Below the pieces are notes generated by a model. The model saw only the letters and a list, made by a program, of their open reading frames with translations. It ran no database searches and had not been told where the DNA came from. 64,000 bases of DNA from a phage: sequence record PX104378.1; one strand, written 5' to 3'. Both the position numbers and the translations under genes were made by a program. How positions within the stretch are numbered: position 1 is the first letter of the stretch; the number at the start of each line of letters is the position of its first letter. Positions 18,308 through 26,692 of this stretch are shown here, piece by piece.

Positions 18308-18321
18308 AAATTCACCTCACA

Positions 18322-18630
18322 TTATTTCACGTTAACGCCGTCATCAATCCAGCCGACGCTATTTTGTTTAACAGTTTTACCATAGGATGCATACTTAATC
18401 AAGCATGGTTTAACATCATTATCAAATCTTCCTAAACGTACTCCCAAATCAGGAATATCCATGTATGCGGCTTTATATCCCCATGTGCCGTATTCAGAAT
18501 CAATCTCAACCGGACGGCCTTTAAAAGCATACACTACACCGTGACGGTCAACGATAACATAGCGATAGCCAGCCGGAAGATACACAGTTTCGCCGTAAAC
18601 TTTAACTGGAGTAGCAGAAGAGATAAACAT
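18322..18630 (-). CDS. hypothetical protein (102 aa)
   Basis: ATG at 18630 followed upstream by GAGGATTATATT RBS and PeSL promoter 18665-18693. Confidence 0.5.
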   Translation of the reverse strand: MFISSATPVKVYGETVYLPAGYRYVIVDRHGVVYAFKGRPVEIDSEYGTWGYKAAYMDIPDLGVRLGRFDNDVKPCLIKYASYGKTVKQNSVGWIDDGVNVK

Positions 18631-18664
18631 AATATAATCCTCACATCGTTCATTTGATGCGGTC

Positions 18665-18693
18665 ATTATATGATAACCGCATTTTCATGTCAA
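18665..18693 (-). promoter_or_regulatory. PeSL-type early promoter (TTGACA-N17-TATAAT)
   Basis: Minus strand TTGACATGAAAATGCGGTTATCATATAAT with GCGGTTATCA..TGACCGC hairpin. Confidence 0.65.
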
Positions 18694-18699
18694 CAGTTT

Positions 18700-19008
18700 T
18701 TAAAAATCTTCTTCCGGTTTATATCGACCGTCATCGACTGGTTTTGGACTGAATCCGGTATGTTTGCGCGGCTTCGCTTCCGGTTTCCCCGCGATCGATA
18801 GTCCAAGCCATTTAAGAAGTTTGTATGAGTAAGCGATGGTCACAACTACCCACGTTAAAGGCCATACAATAGAACAAATGGCATATGCTCCGGTATCGAC
18901 CTCTTTGGTGTCCTTATCGAATCTGGCATACAAGCAAATTATAAGATAGGTGATCATTGCACCAGTAGGCCAGATATAAAGAACATTAACAATATCTTGT
19001 GTTGTCAC
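18700..19008 (-). CDS. hypothetical membrane protein (102 aa), GTG start
   Basis: Strong AAGGAGG RBS 5 nt upstream of in-frame GTG at 19008; hydrophobic segments. Confidence 0.5.
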   Translation of the reverse strand: MTTQDIVNVLYIWPTGAMITYLIICLYARFDKDTKEVDTGAYAICSIVWPLTWVVVTIAYSYKLLKWLGLSIAGKPEAKPRKHTGFSPKPVDDGRYKPEEDF

Positions 19009-19018
19009 GTTATCCTCC

Positions 19019-19297
19019 TTACATGTCTTGCAGTGCATAAAAGCATTTTTCTTCGTAGTCATAGAAAATGTCAAAGTATGCTTTTTCTACATACTCGCCA
19101 TTGATCCAAGCGGCAGTAACAATCAGAGTGGTCCAGTTAGATCCGCTCTCAACCGTAAAGGTTTTAATACCCAGCTTCGCTGCTAAGTCGAACGCAAACC
19201 GGACGCAACCACGGCAGGAAGTGATATTGGAAGTTTTGATTTTGATGCCACCGCGAGTTTTAGAAATTTCTACTTTAGCGAAAGACAGGTTGCTCAT
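19019..19297 (-). CDS. hypothetical protein (92 aa)
   Basis: ATG after PeSL leader GGAGAATCAAA; promoter 19340-19368 upstream. Confidence 0.5.
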   Translation of the reverse strand: MSNLSFAKVEISKTRGGIKIKTSNITSCRGCVRFAFDLAAKLGIKTFTVESGSNWTTLIVTAAWINGEYVEKAYFDIFYDYEEKCFYALQDM

Positions 19298-19339
19298 TTT
19301 GATTCTCCTTAAGAAAGTGTGTTTCGTTTTGATGTGTGT

Positions 19340-19368
19340 AGTATAGGGGATACGTGATCCCCTGTCAA
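19340..19368 (-). promoter_or_regulatory. PeSL-type early promoter (TTGACA-N17-TATACT) with hairpin spacer
   Basis: Spacer GGGGATCACGTATCCCC palindromic; conserved leader ACATCAAAACGAAACACAC. Confidence 0.65.
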
Positions 19369-19376
19369 CAACTTTT

Positions 19377-19640
19377 TTATGATTTTAGTGAATTAACTAC
19401 TACATCAAAATGATGTACAGAGCACACCTTACGAAACACGTATTCATCATGTTTAGGAATCTCCCCTAACCTCTCTATTTCGCTCGCTAACACGATAAAC
19501 CGTTTATCCGGTACATTTACCTTATATGCTTCAACAACGCACGGAAAACGCGTTTTAGCGAGTTCGGGATAGTTTTCTGACTCCATCAGGACAATGAATA
19601 CTCTGTTACATTGATTGTAGAATCCTGTTTTTGATTTCAT
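19377..19640 (-). CDS. hypothetical protein (start uncertain)
   Basis: Track ORF overlaps upstream gene by 100 nt; internal ATG at 19640 chosen. Confidence 0.35.
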   Translation of the reverse strand: MKSKTGFYNQCNRVFIVLMESENYPELAKTRFPCVVEAYKVNVPDKRFIVLASEIERLGEIPKHDEYVFRKVCSVHHFDVVVNSLKS

Positions 19641-19944
19641 TAAGTTTTCTTCTCTGTGCAATTCGTGCAATCTTCCTTTCATGATTTCGTTGGTTCTTGT
19701 CTTCACAGTTTACCCATTCAACAAGATCTTTACCTAACTCGAAAGCCCATTCTCGGTCTTGCTTTACGTTTTGTAGGTATGGACTTTCCGACACTCTACG
19801 AAGTGATGTTGTCGTAACAAGAATGATCCCAGGAATGGTCGGATGTTCCTTTCCATATACAATAGGACGCGAGTCACTATCAATACCCTGTAAGAAAGTG
19901 TATCCTGAATCACTTAGAATCATATACATTTTCATTTCACACAT
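19606..19944 (-). CDS. hypothetical protein (112 aa)
   Basis: ATG at 19944 after GAGGAAGCTGTG RBS. Confidence 0.45.
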   Translation of the reverse strand: MCEMKMYMILSDSGYTFLQGIDSDSRPIVYGKEHPTIPGIILVTTTSLRRVSESPYLQNVKQDREWAFELGKDLVEWVNCEDKNQRNHERKIARIAQRRKLNEIKNRILQSM

Positions 19945-20201
19945 CACAGCTTCCTCAACCAGTTATTAAAGCGAGCAAACCATGATGCTTTTCGTGCTTC
20001 TTTTACTTTATGTGCACGAAAACCACTGAAACACCATTCATAATCATCACCGAAACATGATTCAACAGGAACACCCGCATTTCGTAGTTCTCTGGTCTTT
20101 ATCATGAATCCTTGACATAAGGGGCGACCTTCAACAATGATAGGAAGTTTAACTTTTTCCATGAAAGTATACCCAGCACGGTCAATAATTTCAATCTTCA
20201 T
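19944..20201 (-). CDS. hypothetical protein, paralog family B (MKIEIID..VKLPIIVEG)
   Basis: Shares N-terminal ~55 aa with ORFs 20220-20417 and 22543-22764; RBS GAGGATTATATT. Confidence 0.55.
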   Translation of the reverse strand: MKIEIIDRAGYTFMEKVKLPIIVEGRPLCQGFMIKTRELRNAGVPVESCFGDDYEWCFSGFRAHKVKEARKASWFARFNNWLRKL

Positions 20202-20219
20202 AATATAATCCTCAATTAG

Positions 20220-20417
20220 TTATACTGCCCATGCTTCATTTGCACGAAAACACCATTCATACTCAGGAAAATAACCTTTAATTGGTACGCCAGCTTTTTG
20301 TAGTTCCTGCGTTTCTACAAGATAATCAAGCCCATATCGACGACCTTCCACAATAATAGGAAGTTTAACGCCATTCATGAAAGAAAATCCACCATCATCA
20401 ATAATTTCAATTTTCAT
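20220..20417 (-). CDS. hypothetical protein, paralog family B
   Basis: MKIEIIDDGGFSFMNGVKLPIIVEGR..AGVP, tandem with 19944-20201. Confidence 0.5.
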   Translation of the reverse strand: MKIEIIDDGGFSFMNGVKLPIIVEGRRYGLDYLVETQELQKAGVPIKGYFPEYEWCFRANEAWAV

Positions 20418-20661
20418 TTACATTATCTCCATAGATCTTTCCATCAATATCAATTTCACCAGCGCGAACATCTAGGATAAGATGTGGTAGGTGAATGCAG
20501 TTTTCCCAACCTACTCGCTTCATTTCTGCTACAGTAACGTAAGCCCATCCGTTCGCTGTAATAAAGTCTACTTCAACCTTGAGAGGAAAGCAAGACTTTT
20601 CTATGTCTTCGAATCCGACAATGTGTTTTGTTGTTGAATATGGAATATATCCGGTGATCAT
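20407..20661 (-). CDS. hypothetical protein (84 aa)
   Basis: ATG after AAGGAGATCACAAA RBS. Confidence 0.5.
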   Translation of the reverse strand: MITGYIPYSTTKHIVGFEDIEKSCFPLKVEVDFITANGWAYVTVAEMKRVGWENCIHLPHLILDVRAGEIDIDGKIYGDNVNEN

Positions 20662-21092
20662 TTTGTGATCTCCTTATACTCAACACGCCATAAACGGGTC
20701 GCCCATGATAAACGCTCATAACGCTGGCAGAAATCAGACCATAGATATTGTGTACCGTCTTGCATAGTTGAAATATGCGTTTTCTCTCCTACTTTCACGA
20801 ATGAAGTATTCGATTTTGTGATCTCGACCGGAGTATATCCGAAAGCTGGTTCCAAGTCAACATCTGAACTAAATGCCAATTTAACAGAATTTGTTTTTTT
20901 GACCGCTGTCCGGTTTCCTTCTGGGTATAGCACAGCAGGTTTAGCGCCTAAGCGGATAAACTCAGTGTTTTTAATGAACAGAATATCATGATAACCGTCA
21001 TATTCCGACACTTCCATAGTAACAGGAAAATCGACATGTTCTAAACCTGGTAGATCTCGCATATCATGAAATGTAGCCATCAACTTTTTCAT
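20658..21092 (-). CDS. hypothetical protein (144 aa)
   Basis: Start at ATG 21092 after GAGGAATACAAG RBS. Confidence 0.45.
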   Translation of the reverse strand: MKKLMATFHDMRDLPGLEHVDFPVTMEVSEYDGYHDILFIKNTEFIRLGAKPAVLYPEGNRTAVKKTNSVKLAFSSDVDLEPAFGYTPVEITKSNTSFVKVGEKTHISTMQDGTQYLWSDFCQRYERLSWATRLWRVEYKEITK

Positions 21093-21102
21093 CTTGTATT
21101 CC

Positions 21103-21300
21103 TCACTCTTCTGTTTCATTTCTTTTATATGGTACTATAACAGGATTAATACAGCAAGCACCAATTACGTTATGAGCACCACAATTTAAGCATTTATAGT
21201 CATGGAACTTATTAAGGAATCGACCAAACTCATAACCGACTAGCGCCGCATGTACTTGAGTCTCGATCTCATCCATATCAGCCAATGTTTTAACCTTCAT
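21103..21300 (-). CDS. small Cys-rich protein (65 aa)
   Basis: CLNCGAHNVIGACC zinc-binding-like cluster; start at ATG 21300 after GAGGATTATACT RBS. Confidence 0.4.
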   Translation of the reverse strand: MKVKTLADMDEIETQVHAALVGYEFGRFLNKFHDYKCLNCGAHNVIGACCINPVIVPYKRNETEE

Positions 21301-21310
21301 AGTATAATCC

Positions 21311-21601
21311 TCAAATGGTAGTTTTGCGAAGATGGTCATTACATGCTTTTAATGCATCAGTCGCGGTGTCATAGCGAGTATTATCATAGCACCAGTAACC
21401 ATCTGTCAACTGATAAATCAATCCATCCCTTTTAGCTTCGATGAAAGATAACTCTTTGAAAGTTTCTACTTTCTTTGCTGATACTCCACGGTCACGGCGC
21501 TTATAGAGTTTAGCTAAAATGCGTTCAGCTTGTTCCTCTTTATCACCAGACAGATCCCAAATAATGTTGCGGATATGTTTGATTAATTGTTCAGTGGTCA
21601 T
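21311..21601 (-). CDS. hypothetical protein (96 aa)
   Basis: ATG after PeSL leader GGAGAATCAAAG; promoter 21631-21658. Confidence 0.5.
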   Translation of the reverse strand: MTTEQLIKHIRNIIWDLSGDKEEQAERILAKLYKRRDRGVSAKKVETFKELSFIEAKRDGLIYQLTDGYWCYDNTRYDTATDALKACNDHLRKTTI

Positions 21602-21630
21602 CTTTGATTCTCCTTAGTTGGTATGTGTGC

Positions 21631-21658
21631 ATTATAGCACTATGATTTTCATTGTCAA
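21631..21658 (-). promoter_or_regulatory. PeSL-type early promoter (TTGACA-N16-TATAAT)
   Basis: Consensus hexamers; leader and GGAGAATCAAAG RBS before ATG 21601. Confidence 0.7.
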
Positions 21659-21675
21659 CAACTAAAAACAAAAAA

Positions 21676-21695
21676 GGCTATCCAGAAGGATAGCC
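21676..21695 (-). terminator. intrinsic terminator after the gp38-like gene
   Basis: Perfect 8-bp stem GGCTATCC/GGATAGCC with 4-nt loop followed by T-rich run on minus strand. Confidence 0.7.
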
Positions 21696-21702
21696 CATAA
21701 AA

Positions 21703-22488
21703 TTACACGCGAGCACCGTAGATCGTGCCTACTTTATCCCAGCGTGGAGCATTACCAGTAACAGCCTTACCAGCCGCACCACCAGAGTGAACAGTTCCTC
21801 CAGTACCACCTTGAATATATGAAGATTTGCCAGCAGATCCCAAATCTCCACCATTTCCTCCATAGTGAACCCCAGAAACAGTGCCTTTACCTGGGGCAGA
21901 AATTGTACCAGCAGATGCTGCCGCTGCGCCGCCTCCTGCCTTACCAGCCGCACCAAATGGACGGCCTCCGCCGCCGCCAAATATCATATCCATTTGAGGG
22001 AAAGGATGGTATCTAGCACCAGCACCGCCACCACCACCACCACCAATAATACCATTATTGTTTATTCTTAAACGAGTTCCAATTCCGTTATTTATTGCAT
22101 TTCCTCCTGCTCCGCCAGCAGAGTTACTTCCGCCATTTCCTCCCCGACCTAATACATGAACACCAGAGTTAATAATGAGTGTTACATATTCGTTTGTTAG
22201 TGAGCTAGGGAAATCAAGACAAGGAACGCCAGTAGAATGGGAAACAATATTACCGGTGATAGTAATTACTACCGGAGTAGATCCTTGTGCTTTCATCCAG
22301 TTAATAAGAGTGTCTTTATTGTAAGAGTTACTAGCGCCAATGCTATAATGAATCTCTTTAGAACGTCCGACCATCGCTGACATATACGCCGGACGACCTA
22401 AGCGTACAGCTTGCATTGCGGCGCTCATCCACCGTTGACCAGTCTCAGCAACAGCCGATGATCCGACCCAACCTGCTTTAATTGCCAT
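21703..22488 (-). CDS. gp38-like glycine-rich receptor-binding adhesin homolog (T2/S16 type)
   Basis: N-terminus MAIKAGWVGSSAVAETGQRWMSAAMQAVRLG resembles the gp38 attachment domain; C-terminal half has glycine-rich motifs GRGGNGGSNS, GGGGGGGAG, GGGGGRPFGAAG, GGNGG separated by short variable segments; ends ..WDKVGTIYGARV. Confidence 0.7.
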   Translation of the reverse strand: MAIKAGWVGSSAVAETGQRWMSAAMQAVRLGRPAYMSAMVGRSKEIHYSIGASNSYNKDTLINWMKAQGSTPVVITITGNIVSHSTGVPCLDFPSSLTNEYVTLIINSGVHVLGRGGNGGSNSAGGAGGNAINNGIGTRLRINNNGIIGGGGGGGAGARYHPFPQMDMIFGGGGGRPFGAAGKAGGGAAAASAGTISAPGKGTVSGVHYGGNGGDLGSAGKSSYIQGGTGGTVHSGGAAGKAVTGNAPRWDKVGTIYGARV

Positions 22489-22542
22489 AAAGTTTCCTCA
22501 CAAGAAAAGCCCCATTTAAGGGGCATTGATTAATAATATTAC

Positions 22543-22764
22543 TTAGATGACCTCTGCTTCACCATTCAGGAAGAAAGACCATGTTTTGTTAGGACAGCGA
22601 AGCGCCCATGATTCAGCAGTTTTAACACCAGCTTCGAACAATTGACGGCTGGTTACTTTAGCCATACCATCTTCGATGGCAACGTTTTCAATAATCATCG
22701 GGTACTTAGCGCCACGCATGAAACCGAAGCCAGCGGAAGATTTGATAATTTTAACAGTTGCCAT
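22543..22764 (-). CDS. hypothetical protein, paralog family B
   Basis: MATVKIIKSSAGFGFMRGAKYPMIIEN..EAGV parallels MKIEIID..VKLPIIVEG..AGVP; PeSL promoter 22806-22834 upstream. Confidence 0.5.
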   Translation of the reverse strand: MATVKIIKSSAGFGFMRGAKYPMIIENVAIEDGMAKVTSRQLFEAGVKTAESWALRCPNKTWSFFLNGEAEVI

Positions 22765-22805
22765 TTTTGATTCTCCTAGAAAGTGTATCTCGTTTCGATG
22801 TGTGT

Positions 22806-22834
22806 ATTATGCAATAACACCGGATCACTGTCAA
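22806..22834 (-). promoter_or_regulatory. PeSL-type early promoter (TTGACA-N17-CATAAT)
   Basis: Conserved leader ACACATCGAAACGAGATACAC and GGAGAATCAAAA RBS. Confidence 0.6.
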
Positions 22835-22852
22835 CACTTTCTAAGAAAAATT

Positions 22853-23137
22853 TTAAATTAATCGAATATAGCCCAGAATTTCAGCACCTTTAGCCAGTCC
22901 TAAAACTTCCCATTCAAGGTCGCCGTAGTCATAATTTGCAACCATCAACTGACCATTTTTCATGCAGCAATCATGAGAGAAAATTTGCCCCGCATAAACT
23001 ACGATAGTAATAAACTTTCCTGATTCTGGCGGTGTGGAAGACAAAGCGACCATATGACCATTCAGCTTAGTCACCAGTGATGGAACAATAAAATTCGGGC
23101 TTACCTGAATACCGTTAAATTCGTTTGTGTCTTTCAT
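22853..23137 (-). CDS. hypothetical protein (94 aa)
   Basis: Minus-strand ORF, tiles with neighbours. Confidence 0.45.
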   Translation of the reverse strand: MKDTNEFNGIQVSPNFIVPSLVTKLNGHMVALSSTPPESGKFITIVVYAGQIFSHDCCMKNGQLMVANYDYGDLEWEVLGLAKGAEILGYIRLI

Positions 23138-23484
23138 GCCATACCCCTTAAAACACTAATAGCATAATCATGCTGGTTATTCATAATATCAATTGCATTG
23201 TGATAACGAGCTAAACCATCAAGGATAAATTCTTGTTTATCCTGTTTTAGCTTAGTATCACGCGCAGCCATAAGAGCATCAAGAACAGGTCCAAAGTGAT
23301 TATCTAATTCATCTTCGGTCGCAATGTTTCCTATGGCCTCATCGATCCGTGATTCCAATGCTTGTTTTTCGTTGACCACTTGCTGGGTATATTCCAGAAC
23401 ATCAAGAATATCGCGGGTAACATCTCCGTGATAAGGTATTCCCGCATGAAGGTGATCAATTAGTCTTTGAATGTCAATGTTCAA
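23134..23484 (-). CDS. hypothetical protein (116 aa), TTG start
   Basis: Strong AGGAGGG RBS 6 nt upstream of in-frame TTG; no ATG available. Confidence 0.45.
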   Translation of the reverse strand: MNIDIQRLIDHLHAGIPYHGDVTRDILDVLEYTQQVVNEKQALESRIDEAIGNIATEDELDNHFGPVLDALMAARDTKLKQDKQEFILDGLARYHNAIDIMNNQHDYAISVLRGMA

Positions 23485-23819
23485 TTGTAACCCTCCTCTG
23501 AAAGTACATCCCAGATCGTTGCGTCAAGATGCATTAAATTCCACATAATAGAATCATAACTACCTAAGCCAGAAGTAAAAATTACATCACACTGGCGATA
23601 GGTCTTATGAAAATCGGTGGCTGTCTCTGCATCAATAGGCATATCGTCACCGGAAAGCACCAGACATTTAAGAATCATAACTCTGTTAGCCGTTGGCGCT
23701 TGCTTAGTCTTTTCAGCATATTTTTCGATGATCCGTTTTGCCTTTTCTTCTTTGATACGTCCAGACCAAATCCGGTTTCGGTATTGATTCATAATAATTT
23801 CAATCACATCATTTTGCAT
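23481..23819 (-). CDS. hypothetical protein (112 aa)
   Basis: Minus-strand ORF, tiles with neighbours. Confidence 0.45.
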   Translation of the reverse strand: MQNDVIEIIMNQYRNRIWSGRIKEEKAKRIIEKYAEKTKQAPTANRVMILKCLVLSGDDMPIDAETATDFHKTYRQCDVIFTSGLGSYDSIMWNLMHLDATIWDVLSEEGYN

Positions 23820-24018
23820 TCTTCACGGTCTCCATAATTGTTTTGTAAGCCAGTTTAAGATGATCACCGAAAAACTTTGCAGTGTTACCCTTCGGATCGC
23901 GAAGCATGGTTTCTACGATCTCATCGGCAGTAACAATTTCTCCTTTCTTTGCTGCATGTCCTACCATATACTTCAAAGTTTCTTCGGAAGCAAGTGCTGC
24001 GGCTACTGGATTAATCAT
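23809..24018 (-). CDS. hypothetical protein (69 aa)
   Basis: ATG after PeSL leader GGAGAATCAAA; promoter 24048-24076. Confidence 0.5.
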   Translation of the reverse strand: MINPVAAALASEETLKYMVGHAAKKGEIVTADEIVETMLRDPKGNTAKFFGDHLKLAYKTIMETVKNAK

Positions 24019-24047
24019 TTTGATTCTCCTTTGTTGTCGATGTGTGC

Positions 24048-24076
24048 ATTATGCTATACCCTATTCCGGTTGTCAA
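24048..24076 (-). promoter_or_regulatory. PeSL-type early promoter (TTGACA-N17-CATAAT)
   Basis: Terminator hairpin immediately upstream, leader and RBS downstream. Confidence 0.6.
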
Positions 24077-24093
24077 CACCTAAAAACGAAAAA

Positions 24094-24113
24094 AGCCACC
24101 CTTTCGGATGGCT
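24094..24113 (-). terminator. intrinsic terminator after the 715-aa gene
   Basis: Hairpin AGCCATCCGAAAGGGTGGCT followed by T6 on minus strand. Confidence 0.65.
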
Positions 24114-24125
24114 TTTGATTATATT

Positions 24126-26273
24126 TTATTCACGTCCATTTGTATAGTAGTGTTTGAATCGCCCATAGCCAGTTTCAATAGACATATCCTTCTGGCGGAC
24201 AATCGCCCAATAACCATTACACGAATCTTGAAGATACAAATCCTTACCTTTTAGGAACTCATTAAAGATAGTGATTTGCCAGTCATAGTAGACAGAATCT
24301 TCAAGTTTATCCATCCAACCATGCGGATCTTCCATCAATTCGACAAGCTCATCAATTACCCAATACGGACACGGACTAAATCGGCCTTTGCTAAACTCGT
24401 TAAACATAGTAACAATTTTAACTTCCGGTCTAGGTTCATCCGGTCGCACAGGACGTTTATTAACTACAACCTGAACATATTTTGTATACCCGACAATCTC
24501 GCCAGGATCTAGTTCATCGTTGCTGTTTTTATCAGCAAATGCAACAAATCGATAAACACCAGCATCCTCTAGCGTAACGTTTGCTTTACGGTAAATCGGA
24601 CTTCTTGAGTCCTCCATGTCCATTTTAACACCGTTTTTACTAAACTCATAAGTCGGAACATATGAGGCTGGCGGTTTTAGCATGGTTGCTTCTAGCGTTA
24701 GGGTATCACCTTCCGTAACCTGTACCGGATGAGGACCGTCAAACTCCATATTCGGCACTACTTCAACATGATAGGTCGAACGACCAGCAATATCAAAATC
24801 AGTATGTGCACTAAATGGATCTTTACTAGGACTATCACGATATTCATGCGCCCAGATGCCGTTATGGTCTCGGTCCGCAGAGTCGGTGATCTTATATTCC
24901 TTAGTACCTAGCGGAAGTTCCGTTACTTTAACGTCGTTTTTGGTGATAACCAAAGTTCGCGTTTGTTCGGGATCATCGCTAGCTGGCGGTTCAGGATCTA
25001 TGATCTTGAGAACAATCGGTTCACCCACTTCAATATTACGATAATCATACTCTTTATCATAAATATCAAGCATACGACGATCATAAAATAATGGGCGACC
25101 GTTAGGAATCACCTGTTCACCCGCTGGATTGGCAGGAGCAACCAACAATTGAAGCGCAACGCTGTTATCATATTGCAATCCAGATAGCGTTATCCGGTCA
25201 TAACCCTCATCGCCATATTTTTTACTTTGTAGTTTCTTACCGCCAAGCATCCACGTAAAGTAAACATTGTTAGTAAGCATACCATAATGACGATTCCATG
25301 AGCTATCGGCTTGCATCACTGGCATATCAAGGTTTACTGTAGACCCAGAAGGATAACGAAAATCAATAGCACTAAAATCACGGCTAAAAAATTCGTTTTC
25401 TTTTACGTTAACCGTGAATTGATGACGTTGCCCGTCAATATATTCAGTTCCAGCACCAGGTCCATTAACAACCTTATACGCACGAACAAAAGCAACATAA
25501 ACTCCGGCATCTGACGGTTGAGCATGTTTAGTTACATACAAAGTCTTATCTTTAGACTCATAAACCAAACTACCATCATTGCGCTCTAGTCGATATCGGA
25601 CAATAGTATATTCCGCCTGATTTGGTGCATCATCCTCTACGGTAAAATAAGCAGGTGCATATTTTTGTACGTTGAATACTTCCTTATTTTCAGTGATGTT
25701 TGCATAGAAAGGATATACAAATTTAACCTCACCATGTTCATCACTCAATTCCATTTTATATGTACCGGAAAATTCAGGCCAAGCGAATTTTGCAATTTTA
25801 AATTCACGATGGTCTAACCCCAGATCACCATCAACGGAATCAACCAAACCATCATTATAATAAAGGTCAACCGAAATATTAGGCTGGATATGACTACGAA
25901 AAACAATCTTTGCCTTGATTTCATCACCAATATTAAAAGACGTCGGCGGGTATACATGTTCCACATATGGATTATCAAAAAGTTCAAAGGTGAAGTTTTC
26001 CGTGCCGATATCTACGGATTCGCCAGAAAGATTTTCATCATCTTGAGCAAAACCACGAACATTAACAGACCAACCTGTTTTATCTTCCTCTTTAACAGAT
26101 TTTAGCGGAAAGGATGGACCATCTGTCATTGTGATCAACTTATCATTCTTTTTCCACAAATAACCTTTTCGTCTTTTCTCTGGGTCTTCCGACTCAGCAA
26201 CAATAGAACATTCAAAAGTATGAGGAAGCCAAATTTGTGAGTTAATTGTAGTGTTTTTAATTTCTGCTGGCAT
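24126..26273 (-). CDS. large hypothetical protein (~715 aa) with Ig-like repeat signatures
   Basis: Recurrent D-x-G-x-Y motifs (SDAGVYVAFVRAYKV, EDAGVYRFVAFADK) typical of Ig-like beta-sandwich domains; start at ATG 26273 after AGGGGGA RBS; no signal peptide. Confidence 0.6.
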   Translation of the reverse strand: MPAEIKNTTINSQIWLPHTFECSIVAESEDPEKRRKGYLWKKNDKLITMTDGPSFPLKSVKEEDKTGWSVNVRGFAQDDENLSGESVDIGTENFTFELFDNPYVEHVYPPTSFNIGDEIKAKIVFRSHIQPNISVDLYYNDGLVDSVDGDLGLDHREFKIAKFAWPEFSGTYKMELSDEHGEVKFVYPFYANITENKEVFNVQKYAPAYFTVEDDAPNQAEYTIVRYRLERNDGSLVYESKDKTLYVTKHAQPSDAGVYVAFVRAYKVVNGPGAGTEYIDGQRHQFTVNVKENEFFSRDFSAIDFRYPSGSTVNLDMPVMQADSSWNRHYGMLTNNVYFTWMLGGKKLQSKKYGDEGYDRITLSGLQYDNSVALQLLVAPANPAGEQVIPNGRPLFYDRRMLDIYDKEYDYRNIEVGEPIVLKIIDPEPPASDDPEQTRTLVITKNDVKVTELPLGTKEYKITDSADRDHNGIWAHEYRDSPSKDPFSAHTDFDIAGRSTYHVEVVPNMEFDGPHPVQVTEGDTLTLEATMLKPPASYVPTYEFSKNGVKMDMEDSRSPIYRKANVTLEDAGVYRFVAFADKNSNDELDPGEIVGYTKYVQVVVNKRPVRPDEPRPEVKIVTMFNEFSKGRFSPCPYWVIDELVELMEDPHGWMDKLEDSVYYDWQITIFNEFLKGKDLYLQDSCNGYWAIVRQKDMSIETGYGRFKHYYTNGRE

Positions 26274-26293
26274 GTATCCCCCTGTGACTGACA

Positions 26294-26692
26294 TTAAGCC
26301 AGTCGAGTGAGTTTATAAATTGTTTTAAAGCATAGAACTTTTATATCGTCTAAAACGCTCTGTAACGAGCTATCAACATCATTATAAATCTCACTAGCCA
26401 TTTGCGTTAACTCTTGCAAATAGGCAATTTCGCTAATCTCCTTGCGGACGACCAACGTTGGCTGATAACGACCAGTGATCCCAATATTGGTTTCAGTGAA
26501 ATTATCAACCAATTCTTGCATTTCAAGATAGAACTCTTCGAGAGCCTTATGTTTTGCATAAGATCCCGGACCAGTTACCCCAAAATGCGCAGAATGCATA
26601 TAAGTAACACTCATCAGACATTCACCGATAAAGCGGTCAACTTTATTAGCTTTCCCCTCTTCGGACGTCTTTCGAAAATCACTGAATTTCAT
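26294..26692 (-). CDS. hypothetical protein (132 aa)
   Basis: Start at ATG 26692 after GGAGAATCGAGAAC RBS. Confidence 0.4.
   Translation of the reverse strand: MKFSDFRKTSEEGKANKVDRFIGECLMSVTYMHSAHFGVTGPGSYAKHKALEEFYLEMQELVDNFTETNIGITGRYQPTLVVRKEISEIAYLQELTQMASEIYNDVDSSLQSVLDDIKVLCFKTIYKLTRLA

Noticed and set aside
699-22071. Plus-strand ORFs of 60-180 aa embedded in the minus-strand early block (e.g. 699-944, 1222-1446, 3705-4217, 7141-7686, 9889-10197, 10870-11259, 11615-11920, 14627-15082, 16383-16754, 21819-22071)
   Set aside because: Each lies antisense to and inside a well-supported minus-strand gene (gp47, gp55, NrdD, Dam, etc.), lacks an RBS, and has low-complexity or odd composition; treated as antisense artefacts.
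21703-22488. Glycine-rich ORF as a translation artefact of a low-complexity GC-rich stretch
   Set aside because: The ORF has a proper RBS (GAGGAAACTTT), a non-repetitive N-terminal domain resembling gp38, is followed by a strong terminator, and tiles with neighbours; kept as a real gene.
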